Below are positions 29,121-39,546 of a stretch of DNA of 64,000 bases, in pieces. The position numbers were made by a program, and so were the translations under genes. This DNA is from a virus: positions 32,920-96,919 of the IMG/VR virus record IMGVR_UViG_3300032092_003271. One strand, 5' to 3'. The notes under the pieces are model-generated. The model saw only the letters and a program-made list of their open reading frames with translations. It was not told where the DNA came from and made no database searches. The first letter of the stretch is position 1, and each line of letters opens with the position of its first letter.

Positions 29121-29942
29121 ATGGTGCAAAAAGTATTTTATAATCCATCCATGCCTAGAGCAGGATCAACCTTGATTCAAAACATTTTAATGCAAAATCC
29201 CGATATCTATTCAACCCCTACTTCAGGTGTAATTGAATTTTTATTGAATGCGAGATCAGTATATTCTGCGGGTGATTCATTTAGGGCTCAAGATCAGGAT
29301 GAAATGAAAAAAGGATTCAAAAATTTCTGCAAAACAGGACTATATGGTTTCTTTGACGGAATTACAGACCGTCCATACGTAATAGATAAGAGTAGATCGT
29401 GGTTAGGTCACTTTAACTTCATTGAGTTTTTTACGGATGAAAAACCAAAAATGATTGTTATGGTCCGTGATTTACGAGCAATATTTGCTTCAATGGAGAA
29501 AAATTTCCGTAAACACCCCGACAAAGACCCAATGATTATTAATGGTGTTGAATTAAAAAACATGACTACCGCCGCTCGAGTTGATCATTTTTCAATTTCT
29601 CCACCCATTGGTCCGTCTATTGAGTGGTTATCTGAGGCAATACATCAAGGAATAGATAAAGATATTTTATTTATAAGATTTGAAGATTTGACAGTGGATC
29701 CTGAAACTGAATTAATAAAAATCTATAATTATTTAGAACTACCATATTTTAAACATGACTTTAATAACGTAGAACAACTAACAAATGAAAATGATGTTAT
29801 ACATGGTATTTTTGGAGACCATAAAATTAAACCTCAAGTAAAACCTGTAAAGGATAATTTTATTGAAATTCTTGGAAAAGAACAATGTGATCGTTTACGA
29901 GAACATTATGATTGGTATTTTAGAGCCTTTAACTATATTTAA
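29121..29942 (+). CDS. PAPS-dependent sulfotransferase
   Basis: MPRAGSTL 5'-PSB loop, IDKSR, VRD.RAIFAS 3'-PB motif, IRFEDL..DP. Confidence 0.88.
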   Translation: MVQKVFYNPSMPRAGSTLIQNILMQNPDIYSTPTSGVIEFLLNARSVYSAGDSFRAQDQDEMKKGFKNFCKTGLYGFFDGITDRPYVIDKSRSWLGHFNFIEFFTDEKPKMIVMVRDLRAIFASMEKNFRKHPDKDPMIINGVELKNMTTAARVDHFSISPPIGPSIEWLSEAIHQGIDKDILFIRFEDLTVDPETELIKIYNYLELPYFKHDFNNVEQLTNENDVIHGIFGDHKIKPQVKPVKDNFIEILGKEQCDRLREHYDWYFRAFNYI

Positions 29943-29961
29943 TATTTATAAAAAAAACAAA

Positions 29962-30198
29962 ATGGAAGAAACACAAACAACAGAACAAGTGCAACAACAT
30001 ATTAGTGCGGCATTTGACTCGGTTAATTTAATTAACGAAGAAATCACTAAAGAAATGACCGATGAACGTAAAAACACAATAAAACGTAATGGTGATCATC
30101 TTGAAATTATGATGGCAAAAGGTTGGTTTTTATCGGGATGTACTGAACAACAGATTATCGATATTAATAATTCTATTACTACGTCAAAGTCGTATTAA
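29962..30198 (+). CDS. small protein, possible fibre assembly chaperone
   Basis: SAAFDSVNLI..RN..HLEIM; start moved to MEETQ (29962) with TATTTAT upstream; function inferred from context. Confidence 0.45.
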   Translation: MEETQTTEQVQQHISAAFDSVNLINEEITKEMTDERKNTIKRNGDHLEIMMAKGWFLSGCTEQQIIDINNSITTSKSY

Positions 30199-30210
30199 AA
30201 AATATTATAA

Positions 30211-31089
30211 ATGGAAGAAAAATATTTAGTGTGGCATATTCAGGGAGGTTTAGGTAAGAATGTTGCTGCAACATCATTAATAGACTCTTTATCTGTAAAA
30301 TATTCAGATAGGAAGATAGTGATAGTGGCATCATATCCCGAAGTATTTTTGAATCAAGAAAACATTTATAGAGTATATGGTTTAGGTAACACTCAATATT
30401 TTTATGATGATTATATAAAGGATAAAGATACTTTAGTATTTAGACACGAACCTTATTATGAGACTAATCATATACTAAAAAATAAACATCTATTATCCAA
30501 TTGGTGCAAATTATTAGGTATTGATTATGATTTTCAAAAACCAAAGTTATCTTTTAATTTTGCACAAAAAAGAATGTCTTTAAAATGGAAACGAGAAAAA
30601 CCAATTTTTTTAATTCAAACAAACGGAGGATCAATGATGTCAGACCAAGAATATTCTTGGGCTAGAGATTTACCATTTTCTATTTCATTAGAGGTTGTAG
30701 AAAAGTTTAAGGAAACTCATCACGTTATTCAAATTTGTAAACCGTCTTCATTAAAAATACCCGGAGTAGAAGTGATAAGTGATAATATGTCATCAATGGA
30801 GTTATTTACATTACTTTCGGTGACAGACAAACGATTGTTAATTGATTCTAGTTTACAACATGTGGCAACAGCAATGAATTTACCATCAACCGTAATTTGG
30901 ATTGCCACATCACCGACAAATTTTGGATATTCAATGCATAATAATATAGTTGCAAATCCACCTTCAGGTAACGTTAAATTAATTGGTTCTTATCTTTTTG
31001 ATTATTCTTTTGATGGTTTACCTCATGAGTGCCCTTATTACAGTTTGGATGAAATGTTCGACATTGATAAAATATTAGAAAGTTTATAA
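30211..31089 (+). CDS. GT9 (heptosyltransferase-like) glycosyltransferase
   Basis: GGLGKNV, LIDSSLQHVA.AM.LPSTVIW..TSP..FGY. Confidence 0.75.
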   Translation: MEEKYLVWHIQGGLGKNVAATSLIDSLSVKYSDRKIVIVASYPEVFLNQENIYRVYGLGNTQYFYDDYIKDKDTLVFRHEPYYETNHILKNKHLLSNWCKLLGIDYDFQKPKLSFNFAQKRMSLKWKREKPIFLIQTNGGSMMSDQEYSWARDLPFSISLEVVEKFKETHHVIQICKPSSLKIPGVEVISDNMSSMELFTLLSVTDKRLLIDSSLQHVATAMNLPSTVIWIATSPTNFGYSMHNNIVANPPSGNVKLIGSYLFDYSFDGLPHECPYYSLDEMFDIDKILESL

Positions 31090-31091
31090 TT

Positions 31092-31544
31092 ATGATATAT
31101 TGGTTTACAGGTCAGCCTGGTGCGGGAAAAACCTCAATCGCAAAATCCTTAATCGAAAAATTACCAAATAACACGTTCCATGTTGATGGTGACGATTTAA
31201 GAGAAATCTTTAATAACAAAGATTATAGTGAAACGGGTAGAAGAAAAAATATTGAGTTAGCTCAACACCTAACACATTTCTTACACAATAAAGGAAATAA
31301 TGTTTTGGTTAGTTTGGTTTCACCGTATAGAGATCAAAGAGAAGACTTTAAAAATAAATTAAATGGGTCTATAATTGAGATATATGTCCATACTGAACAT
31401 ATAAGAGGACGGGAAGATTTCCGTGTCAAAAATTATGAAGAACCTATTGATAATTTTTTAGATATGGATACATCTGATGTTCTAATAGAAACATGTGTTA
31501 ATCAAATTCTAAATTATGAAAAATTACATAGCAAAGGCGGATAA
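31092..31544 (+). CDS. cysC: adenylyl-sulfate (APS) kinase
   Basis: WFTGQPGAGKT P-loop, DGDDLR, DYS..GR..N, SLVSPYR..R, EIYV, YEEP. Confidence 0.9.
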   Translation: MIYWFTGQPGAGKTSIAKSLIEKLPNNTFHVDGDDLREIFNNKDYSETGRRKNIELAQHLTHFLHNKGNNVLVSLVSPYRDQREDFKNKLNGSIIEIYVHTEHIRGREDFRVKNYEEPIDNFLDMDTSDVLIETCVNQILNYEKLHSKGG

Positions 31545-31914
31545 AAAAACATCATCCACTGATAGACAATATTCTATGTTTGTGGGGCGATGGCAGCCCC
31601 TTCATTTAGGACATCAATGGTTATTTAACCAAGCTTTAGAAGAAGGTAAGAATGTTCTAATTTGTATTAGAGATGTTAAACCTGACGAAAAAAATCCTTT
31701 TACGCCTGAAGAGGTAAAATCTAATATAGAAAACCATTATGGTAATTTAATAACACAAGAACGTGTTAAAGTTATTGTGATTCCTGATATTGAGTCAATC
31801 AATTATGGTAGAGGCGTTGGTTATGATATTATCGAACATGTACCACCCCAAGATATTCACGATATTTCAGCCACTAAAGTTAGAGAACAAATGAGACAGG
31901 AGGGTAAGTTATGA
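31516..31914 (+). CDS. small HxGH nucleotidyltransferase
   Basis: FVGRWQPLHLGH, KNPF, ISATKVR. Confidence 0.8.
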   Translation: MKNYIAKADKKTSSTDRQYSMFVGRWQPLHLGHQWLFNQALEEGKNVLICIRDVKPDEKNPFTPEEVKSNIENHYGNLITQERVKVIVIPDIESINYGRGVGYDIIEHVPPQDIHDISATKVREQMRQEGKL

Positions 31915-32354
31915 AAGAAAAAATAAAAAAATTCCAAATTAGATTTAACGTTAATAGCACATCTGAAATTGATCGATGGAGATTAATTACTGATGGTGAT
32001 GAAAAATTGGTTAAAGATATTATAATTGATGGTCACACCTACACTTCTATGGATTGGATGGAGGATATTAATGAATACAAATGGCATGTTAGTTGTGAAG
32101 GTTATGTAACAATAACTAACAATGTTGCATATGTTGTAACCGTAAAAGAAGATGCTGCTATGGTTAGACACATATTAAAAACAATCTCTTATCGTTTTTT
32201 AGGTACTTTAACAACGATTGTTACAGCGTATTCGTTAGGAGTTTCTTTAGAGTTGTCATCTTTATTAGGTATTGGTGAACTCATGATAAAACCAGTTATG
32301 TACTTCTTCCACGAAAGAATTTGGTATAAGTATGTAAGAATAGGTAATAAATAA
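31911..32354 (+). CDS. DUF2061-domain membrane protein with an extra N-terminal domain
   Basis: R.ILKTISYR..GT..T...Y and K...YFFHERIW. Confidence 0.75.
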   Translation: MKEKIKKFQIRFNVNSTSEIDRWRLITDGDEKLVKDIIIDGHTYTSMDWMEDINEYKWHVSCEGYVTITNNVAYVVTVKEDAAMVRHILKTISYRFLGTLTTIVTAYSLGVSLELSSLLGIGELMIKPVMYFFHERIWYKYVRIGNK

Positions 32355-35147
32355 TTACCTATTATCAATATATAAATTTACTTCACTATAATACTCAATA
32401 AAGTGATCGTTCCATAGATCCCACTTTATATCAATACCATCAACTGAAAATACTTGATGGTTTGTAAATTCCTTTAAATATAAATCTCTAAACTTTCTAA
32501 ATTTGTTTTTGGTTTCTTTATTATGAAGATGCCACTCACCTGAGATTTTTTTAACATTGTTTTTAATCCAATTAAAGTTTTCTTCCGTAAAGATATTATA
32601 TTCACCACCTTCAGAATCTGTTTTAAGAAAATCAATTTTAGTAATACCATGTTCTTTAATTAAAGAATCAAATCTAACTGAATCCATTTGTGTTTGTACA
32701 CCAAGTTCTGCAGTAAACATATTACCCGTGTTTACAACCCCATCAGTGTCGGTAATTCCTTTATTAATGTGAACTACAAAATCTTTGTTTGTGTTTTTAA
32801 CTAAGTATGGGAACTCCTCATCACAAGGTTCAATAGAATAAATTACCGAAGGTTTTTTGTTTAATATAGAATATGTGAATGGACCAATACTTGCACCAAT
32901 GTCCATAACAACATCACCTTCTTCTACGGTAAAAAACTTCTCATAAATTCGTTCCTCAAAGATTTCTTTATTAATTGCCCATCTAAACCAATCATTAGAT
33001 TTACCCCAATCAAAATCAATTCTATCCCCAAGTAGTAAGTCAATTTTATCTATGACCATTTGTGATGTTATATTTTTGGTGCACTCAAATTGACGACTTG
33101 TGTTTTTATGTAGTGGACACCAATACCAATCACCAGCATCAAATTTTTCTTTATTAAAACATCCGTGACATACGTTCTCATTAATCACTCGATGAACTCC
33201 TGTTAACATCTCAGCGTTTTTTTCACTAAATCCTGAAATCAAAATTAAAGGTAATCCTGTAGACCATGCCAACCAAGATAATCCTGAACCTAAACCAATG
33301 AAGAATTCACAAGTTGCAAGATCATCAATTACTTCTTGAATTGATCCACCCTTAAATTTAGTTGCTCCATTTGGATTTTTGTTACCCATATATCCACTAT
33401 CTTCTTTTGAATATATCATAACTTCGTATCCTTTGTCTGTTAGATACTTAACCACTTCTTCCCAACCCAAAAGGTTGTTCCAATATTTTGATTGTGCCGT
33501 TGAATGGACCCCAATACCAATTTTCTTTTTCTTTGGTACCTTAGGTATTTTTAATTTTGGTTTCACTTCATTATAAGGTAACCCTAAAATATCAGACGCA
33601 GTTTGTTGTAATGGTATGTGTCTAAAATCATTTGGGTGTAAACTATAATTAACATTATCACCATCAAAGAACCAACCTATTTTATACAACGCATATAAAT
33701 CGTGTACTGGTTCACCAGGGTTTATAAATTTTATTTGTGGATATTGATCAATAAACAACTCATTCATAAATGTAGAAACAATCAATTCACAATTATGTTT
33801 TTTTCTAAACTCCTCACATTGTGGGAACCAAGCCATTGTATCGCCTAATGATTTAGATTCAAGTGCAATATAGACTCTTTTCTTGTTAAAGTTTGGTACG
33901 TGTTCGTAAACTAATTCATCTCCATCAAAAACTTTACAAGTAATATTTTTAAAATACTCAACAATAAGTTTTGACCACATATTTGCCTTAATCTCAGATT
34001 GATACATTAAATTATTTAAATCCCAAAACTCGACTCTATATAATTTTTGTGAACTACCTTTAATATCGATAGTTGGGTTACCAACAAAATGAAAACTAAA
34101 ACTTACATTATCTCTTGGTTCTTTATGCGTAATTTCAGTTTCTTCAAATGTTTTTATGTAAAGATTTTTGGTATCTTCGGATCTATAATGTTTATTGATT
34201 ATTTTAACTGACTTATAGATATCGATTAATCTTTTTGTTATTATCGACCAATCAAAATCAATCCTTGTTTCTATGGTTTCATGAAATAACTTACCCCAAT
34301 TTTCAATAACATATTTAAGACCACTAACTACTGACTCGGTGGATCTTCCAATCTTTCTTAATCCACCTATTTTTGGTGTTCCATCGTAAGTACCAACTGT
34401 TGGTAGTCCACATGACATAGCTTCTAATAATGTTAGATTAGGGTGTCCCGCTTCTAAAATCGATGGGTGTGCAAATATGGTATGTGATCGATATAATTCT
34501 CTTATTGATTCTTCGTCAGGGTTTCCATAAACCACATTTAACTTTTTATATTCTAATAAGTCAGGGTTAGCATCAAAAAAGTTTTTGTTGTTATCAGGAC
34601 CCGCAACTGTAATCTCAAGATCTAATTCTTTTGCTGCTTCTATGGCATATCTAAAACCTTTTCTATCAATTGATTGGTTATATGCAAAACCATTATTTGC
34701 AAGACATAATATTTTATGATTGAGCGATCCTTTTGGGTTTTGGTTATCAAAAAAATTAGTATCAACACCATGAGACAAATAAAATAATTTATCAGTTTCA
34801 ACAAAATAATCTACCAAAAATTCCGCATGACAAAATGATATAACAGAATTCTTTATTGCTTTTAAATTTAAATTATAAAGATCCGATTCTCTTCCATATT
34901 CAACAACGTGATGATCATGTAAAGAGAAAATATATGGTATTCCCATTTCATGGGCCTCAATAGCCAAGTTTGCAACATGGATATGAATTATGTCTGAGTT
35001 TCTATCTACTTCACTTAAATATTTAATTTCAGACTCATGACCTTGTTCTATTGAGTTTAAGTGGTAATTCCAAATTACCTTTTCAATTGCCCCCCAACCA
35101 TTTGGTGGTATTGCTATTAAACCTGGTGTTACTTGTGTTATCTTCAT
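32355..35147 (-). CDS. multidomain GT4 + Aah/TibC-like O-heptosyltransferase + FkbM methyltransferase
   Basis: GT4: GWGAIEK, E..NLTLLEAMSCGLP; TibC-like: SLGDTMAWFP, STAQSKYWNN..GW, FIGLGSGLSWLAW, ISGFS, CHGC..WCP.H...RQFECTK.I; FkbM: DIGASIG, IDFLKTDSEGGE. Confidence 0.85.
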   Translation of the reverse strand: MKITQVTPGLIAIPPNGWGAIEKVIWNYHLNSIEQGHESEIKYLSEVDRNSDIIHIHVANLAIEAHEMGIPYIFSLHDHHVVEYGRESDLYNLNLKAIKNSVISFCHAEFLVDYFVETDKLFYLSHGVDTNFFDNQNPKGSLNHKILCLANNGFAYNQSIDRKGFRYAIEAAKELDLEITVAGPDNNKNFFDANPDLLEYKKLNVVYGNPDEESIRELYRSHTIFAHPSILEAGHPNLTLLEAMSCGLPTVGTYDGTPKIGGLRKIGRSTESVVSGLKYVIENWGKLFHETIETRIDFDWSIITKRLIDIYKSVKIINKHYRSEDTKNLYIKTFEETEITHKEPRDNVSFSFHFVGNPTIDIKGSSQKLYRVEFWDLNNLMYQSEIKANMWSKLIVEYFKNITCKVFDGDELVYEHVPNFNKKRVYIALESKSLGDTMAWFPQCEEFRKKHNCELIVSTFMNELFIDQYPQIKFINPGEPVHDLYALYKIGWFFDGDNVNYSLHPNDFRHIPLQQTASDILGLPYNEVKPKLKIPKVPKKKKIGIGVHSTAQSKYWNNLLGWEEVVKYLTDKGYEVMIYSKEDSGYMGNKNPNGATKFKGGSIQEVIDDLATCEFFIGLGSGLSWLAWSTGLPLILISGFSEKNAEMLTGVHRVINENVCHGCFNKEKFDAGDWYWCPLHKNTSRQFECTKNITSQMVIDKIDLLLGDRIDFDWGKSNDWFRWAINKEIFEERIYEKFFTVEEGDVVMDIGASIGPFTYSILNKKPSVIYSIEPCDEEFPYLVKNTNKDFVVHINKGITDTDGVVNTGNMFTAELGVQTQMDSVRFDSLIKEHGITKIDFLKTDSEGGEYNIFTEENFNWIKNNVKKISGEWHLHNKETKNKFRKFRDLYLKEFTNHQVFSVDGIDIKWDLWNDHFIEYYSEVNLYIDNR

Positions 35148-35148
35148 A

Positions 35149-36870
35149 TTATGTAAATTCTAAATAACCGTATATGTTTTTATTTTCCATTTCATATAAA
35201 AACTCATCAGTTTCTGAGTTATATACTTTTATTTTTTTAATATTCTCCCAATAGATATTATATGACCACGCCCAAGAATAATTAAGGTAATGTATTATCT
35301 CTTCTTCATGATTATCAAATTCTATTATTATTTTTCTAATAACTCTATGGTTATTATAGTTAAATGATAAAATAGCTAAAGAATCTTGATTGTTAACTTT
35401 ATAAATTTTTGTGGTACAACCTTCATAAAACTCAGCTAAAGTTGATTGACTTGTTTCTGTATTCCACATTGTGTTAGGAAAATCTAAATTCATTTGGTCA
35501 CTACCATACTTACTTAAAATTAAATTGGTATTTGAATTCATTAGATTATGGAACATATAAACCTCTACTGATTTAAACTCATCACCAAATCCGTTATTTT
35601 TTAAATATTTTTTATATGATTCTTCACTATCAACTCTATTTATTTTTTCTAAAAAGAAATCAATTTCTGAGAAAAAATAATGAAAAGATATATCTTTTTC
35701 ATTAAAATAAAATAACGATTTTTTATTTTCGTTTTTACATAGTTCAGGAATTGTTTTCATAAATTCATATGATTCATCAGAAAACAAATCATCAACTTCC
35801 ATTCTTTGGAAATGTGTGTACCCAAGTGATTTTGCTAAATCCAAACAATTAAATAGATTACACATTACTGATAACCCATGTCTTTGTAATTCGGGAGTGA
35901 CTTCATGAATAGTAAATCCTTCATACGATTTCCATAGATCAACATAACTTACATTTTCATATTGTTCTTTAAACAATTTGTTTTCACTATTATATAAAAA
36001 ATAATCAACTTGTTCTATAAGATCTTGTGGTGGAACTTTATTAGAAACTAAAAGAATTTTATGATCGTGTTTTTTTAAATTACTAATTGCATCTCTAAGT
36101 TTAGATAATAAAGAATCATTGGATACAAAGCAATCTATAATTGTAATTGTTTTAATGTTTTTATTATAATCTTCTTTTAATCTATTTTTTACTTTGTTAA
36201 TATTTAATTCTTTTTCTTCCTCCGATAATGTTGAGAATATTCCTTTTTTAGAAATTCTGTAGTGACCCCCAAATATGTTTAAAAATTTTATTTTACCTTG
36301 TTTACTCAATTCATAATTAAGTGGCCAATCAACAAAAGGTAATCCCTCAAAATATTTTTTTATTATATTTTTTTTATTCCTAAAAACCCTACCAAAACCA
36401 ACATAATTAGTTTCTAATAAATCTTCAGTTGTAATATCTTCTTTTAGTGAAATTATAAATGCATCTTCTTCTTTAGGTGATGCATAATCTTCGTATAGAT
36501 ATTTTGTCGCAGTAAAAGTCATTACGTAGTCTGTGTTTTCATCTAAAAAATCAACCTGTTTTTGTAATTTATCTTTATCACCAAACAAATCATCACCATC
36601 TAAATACGCAATATATTCTGATTCAGAATTATCTAAAAGTAGTTTTATATTATTAAGAGCACCTAAATTTTCAGACCCATCCAAAATTTTAATTTCAGGG
36701 TATTTTAATTTTAATTCATTTAATTTTTCTTGAGTTTTATCAGTTGAGTTATCATCTCTAATTATAACATCAAAATCAAAATTAGTTTTTTGTTTAAAAA
36801 TTGAGTCGATACAATCAAAGACGTATTGTTCAAAATTATATAATGGTACTATAACTGATAATTTTTTCAT
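35149..36870 (-). CDS. GT2 glycosyltransferase with uncharacterised C-terminal domain
   Basis: SVIVPLYN, DDNSTD, NLG...N, YIAYLDGDD, KLQKQVDFL. Confidence 0.85.
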   Translation of the reverse strand: MKKLSVIVPLYNFEQYVFDCIDSIFKQKTNFDFDVIIRDDNSTDKTQEKLNELKLKYPEIKILDGSENLGALNNIKLLLDNSESEYIAYLDGDDLFGDKDKLQKQVDFLDENTDYVMTFTATKYLYEDYASPKEEDAFIISLKEDITTEDLLETNYVGFGRVFRNKKNIIKKYFEGLPFVDWPLNYELSKQGKIKFLNIFGGHYRISKKGIFSTLSEEEKELNINKVKNRLKEDYNKNIKTITIIDCFVSNDSLLSKLRDAISNLKKHDHKILLVSNKVPPQDLIEQVDYFLYNSENKLFKEQYENVSYVDLWKSYEGFTIHEVTPELQRHGLSVMCNLFNCLDLAKSLGYTHFQRMEVDDLFSDESYEFMKTIPELCKNENKKSLFYFNEKDISFHYFFSEIDFFLEKINRVDSEESYKKYLKNNGFGDEFKSVEVYMFHNLMNSNTNLILSKYGSDQMNLDFPNTMWNTETSQSTLAEFYEGCTTKIYKVNNQDSLAILSFNYNNHRVIRKIIIEFDNHEEEIIHYLNYSWAWSYNIYWENIKKIKVYNSETDEFLYEMENKNIYGYLEFT

Positions 36871-37445
36871 TTATATATTTTTTTTGCAGGGACACCAACG
36901 TATGTTCCAGGTTCGTTTATATTCGATACTACTGCAGCACCCATACCTATTGTGGATAATGAATGGACACTAATTTTTTCTCTAATAGATGAATTATTTC
37001 CCATATAGACACAATCATATATTTTAACATTACCGGAAACTATTGATCCTGGCATCATAGAAAAATAATCACCTATTTCACAATCATGACCAATTTGGTT
37101 TCCCCTATTTAATAATGCGTGTTTACCAATTTTTATGTTTGTTGTTATTATTGAATTTGCTCCAATAAAAGAACCTTCACCAATTTTGACATCATCAGAT
37201 ATGATTGCGGTTGGGTGTATCCATGTGAAATATTTTGTATTTTTTGGTAATCTATTTGCAACGTCAAATCTATTTTTTGGGTCAGCAATTGCTATGATTA
37301 TTTCATATTCTTTGGTGTTAAATTCTGACAATGGTTTTGTGTGTTCATTAACATATTGGTCATCAACAAAACAAGTAATCTTTTCCCCCATCTGAAACAT
37401 AACCTCTCTTGCGTGGCCTCCATAACCTATCAGTGCTTTTTTCAT
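36867..37445 (-). CDS. PglD/NeuD/PerB-family sugar acetyltransferase
   Basis: IGYGGHAREV, IHPTA, IGHDC, hexapeptide repeats, VGVPAK. Confidence 0.88.
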   Translation of the reverse strand: MKKALIGYGGHAREVMFQMGEKITCFVDDQYVNEHTKPLSEFNTKEYEIIIAIADPKNRFDVANRLPKNTKYFTWIHPTAIISDDVKIGEGSFIGANSIITTNIKIGKHALLNRGNQIGHDCEIGDYFSMMPGSIVSGNVKIYDCVYMGNNSSIREKISVHSLSTIGMGAAVVSNINEPGTYVGVPAKKIYK

Positions 37446-38749
37446 TAGTTAAATCTATATTTTTTAGGATCAAAATAATGTTCATACCAAGATGAAACAT
37501 TTTCATTATAGTAACTCTTCCAAGTATGTGGGGACATACCAATCCACCTTTCTTGTATTGATCTGTTATTATTAGTTTCAATTTTTAATTTAGATAAATT
37601 GGGTAGTGTATTAATGTAAGAATTATTTGCCCACCAAAAATTACCTGAAAAATAATTTTTAAACTCATATTCTAAAAATTTAAAATACTCAACATATAAG
37701 GCTCCTGACAAGTCACAATCTTTATTTTTTAAGTCTTTAAATGGTATACTCCAATTTTCAATACAAAAATATTCTAAACATTCTCTCCATGATTCTATAT
37801 TAGAATCATAAGGTCTTGAGGTTCCTTTTGTGTGAAAATAAAATGTACTTCCACATGGGTTTAAATATGAATAATTTTGTAATTTAATTAAAGTTAAAAA
37901 TTCATCTTCATTTTTTTCATACCAACAAATATTAATTTTCTTATCAATGTCATGGGTTTTAACAATTTTGTTAAACAAATTAAAATCATCATACGATTCT
38001 GTAATAACATTATAAAATATTTGATCAGATCTTTTATATAATCCAAAATCTGATAACTTTTGGAGTTGAGATTGTAATACGTGAACCCAATTATTTTGTA
38101 AAAAATTATGGGAGAATATGGAAACTTTATGATTTTTTATTAAACCAATTCCTCCCCATAAACTATAATGTGTATTTTGTAGTAATTTATGGAATTCATT
38201 ATCTTTTGAGTATTTGTCGTCTTTTTCTTTTGCAAAAAACGTATAATATTCATTATAGTTTTCTATAATTTCGTCCCAAAATTTGTATACAAAAATATCA
38301 TATTCTTTAGTAACATCACTCTCAACAACATCATGAAATGCCAAATAACCGTCATCTGCCAAAAATTGTTTAAATTTATCATAATCATTTTTCACCCCAT
38401 TGTATGAGTGATCCCCGTCAATAAAAATTAAATCAAATTCAACACCTAAATTTTTAATAATTTCAACTGTGTCGTTTGATGTTGAATCCCCAATAATATA
38501 GTTAAAGTTTGGATATGTTTGTTTTATAGTATCAAAATTTTCGTGGTGTTTAATGTCAATTGCAATTACCTTTTCATATAAATGACATAATGCGACTGAA
38601 GTACCACCAAAGTTACTACCAATTTCTAAGGCGTATTTTCTTTTTTTTGTATTACTTAAATGATCTAAAAACAATTTGAATTCTTCGGGTTTTTGTTCAA
38701 TGTTAAATTTTAAACACGAATTCCAAATAGTATTAAAATTATAATTCAT
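37445..38749 (-). CDS. Methyltransf_24 domain fused to a putative glycosyltransferase domain
   Basis: LEIGSNFGGT, FIDGDHSY.GV..D, AFHD; C half YFHTKG, WR..LEYF, FSGNFWWA. Confidence 0.75.
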   Translation of the reverse strand: MNYNFNTIWNSCLKFNIEQKPEEFKLFLDHLSNTKKRKYALEIGSNFGGTSVALCHLYEKVIAIDIKHHENFDTIKQTYPNFNYIIGDSTSNDTVEIIKNLGVEFDLIFIDGDHSYNGVKNDYDKFKQFLADDGYLAFHDVVESDVTKEYDIFVYKFWDEIIENYNEYYTFFAKEKDDKYSKDNEFHKLLQNTHYSLWGGIGLIKNHKVSIFSHNFLQNNWVHVLQSQLQKLSDFGLYKRSDQIFYNVITESYDDFNLFNKIVKTHDIDKKINICWYEKNEDEFLTLIKLQNYSYLNPCGSTFYFHTKGTSRPYDSNIESWRECLEYFCIENWSIPFKDLKNKDCDLSGALYVEYFKFLEYEFKNYFSGNFWWANNSYINTLPNLSKLKIETNNNRSIQERWIGMSPHTWKSYYNENVSSWYEHYFDPKKYRFN

Positions 38750-38750
38750 T

Positions 38751-39545
38751 CTAATTACTGTTGTTTAATGAGTAGGAGCTTTTACTTGAGTCCCAAGCTA
38801 AATTTATAATGTGAAAATTTTTATGACATAAACTTTTATATTTTTTTGACCATCTAATGGCAAACTCTAATTCAGTTCTCATTTCATTTGTGTCGTAATC
38901 GGTTGAAAATTCACCAATACTTAAAAATCTTTTGGCGTGGTTAACACCAGGTCTTAATGAATAACTAGGCCAATTTGTATACATCATCCAAAGAGTTGGG
39001 ATCATTGTTTGTGTTGCCGAAACCTCATCTAAAAATAAATGATCATTTATTGGTCTATTTGGATCATAATACCATTCCCAATAATCTCCAATAGTTTTAG
39101 GTTGTATTTCGGGTGGAAAATTTTTATATGACTGAGAAAACCCAACATAACCATATTCTTCATGGTTTTCTAAAAGGTCTATGGTTTCTTTAATATTAAA
39201 ATGATTCACAAAAAGATAATCATCCTCCAACATAAAAAAATAATCGGTCTCTGTGTCAATTAGTTTTTTTCTCATTTCATTTAAAATTCTTGAGTGTCTA
39301 TACCCATCCTCAAAAGAATTTTTATAAAAATGTGTCACTATTATATTTTTATTTGGAAACTTATCCTGTAATAGATGTTCCATATTTATTTTGTCCATTT
39401 CAGATGACGAGTCATCAAAAAATATAATATTGTCAATAATCTCCAAATCCTTACAAAATGTGACAAAACCACGAAGAGTCATTTGTAATAATTCAAATCT
39501 TTTTGATGACGTTATTGTTAAAGAAATTTTTTTGTTATTGTACAT
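38751..39545 (-). CDS. GT-A/GT2-like glycosyltransferase
   Basis: TITSSKR..LL..TL, FDDSS, YFFMLEDDYLF, SLRP; start probably MYNNKK (39545), ORF track gives 39566. Confidence 0.65.
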   Translation of the reverse strand: MYNNKKISLTITSSKRFELLQMTLRGFVTFCKDLEIIDNIIFFDDSSSEMDKINMEHLLQDKFPNKNIIVTHFYKNSFEDGYRHSRILNEMRKKLIDTETDYFFMLEDDYLFVNHFNIKETIDLLENHEEYGYVGFSQSYKNFPPEIQPKTIGDYWEWYYDPNRPINDHLFLDEVSATQTMIPTLWMMYTNWPSYSLRPGVNHAKRFLSIGEFSTDYDTNEMRTELEFAIRWSKKYKSLCHKNFHIINLAWDSSKSSYSLNNSN

Positions 39546-39546
39546 A

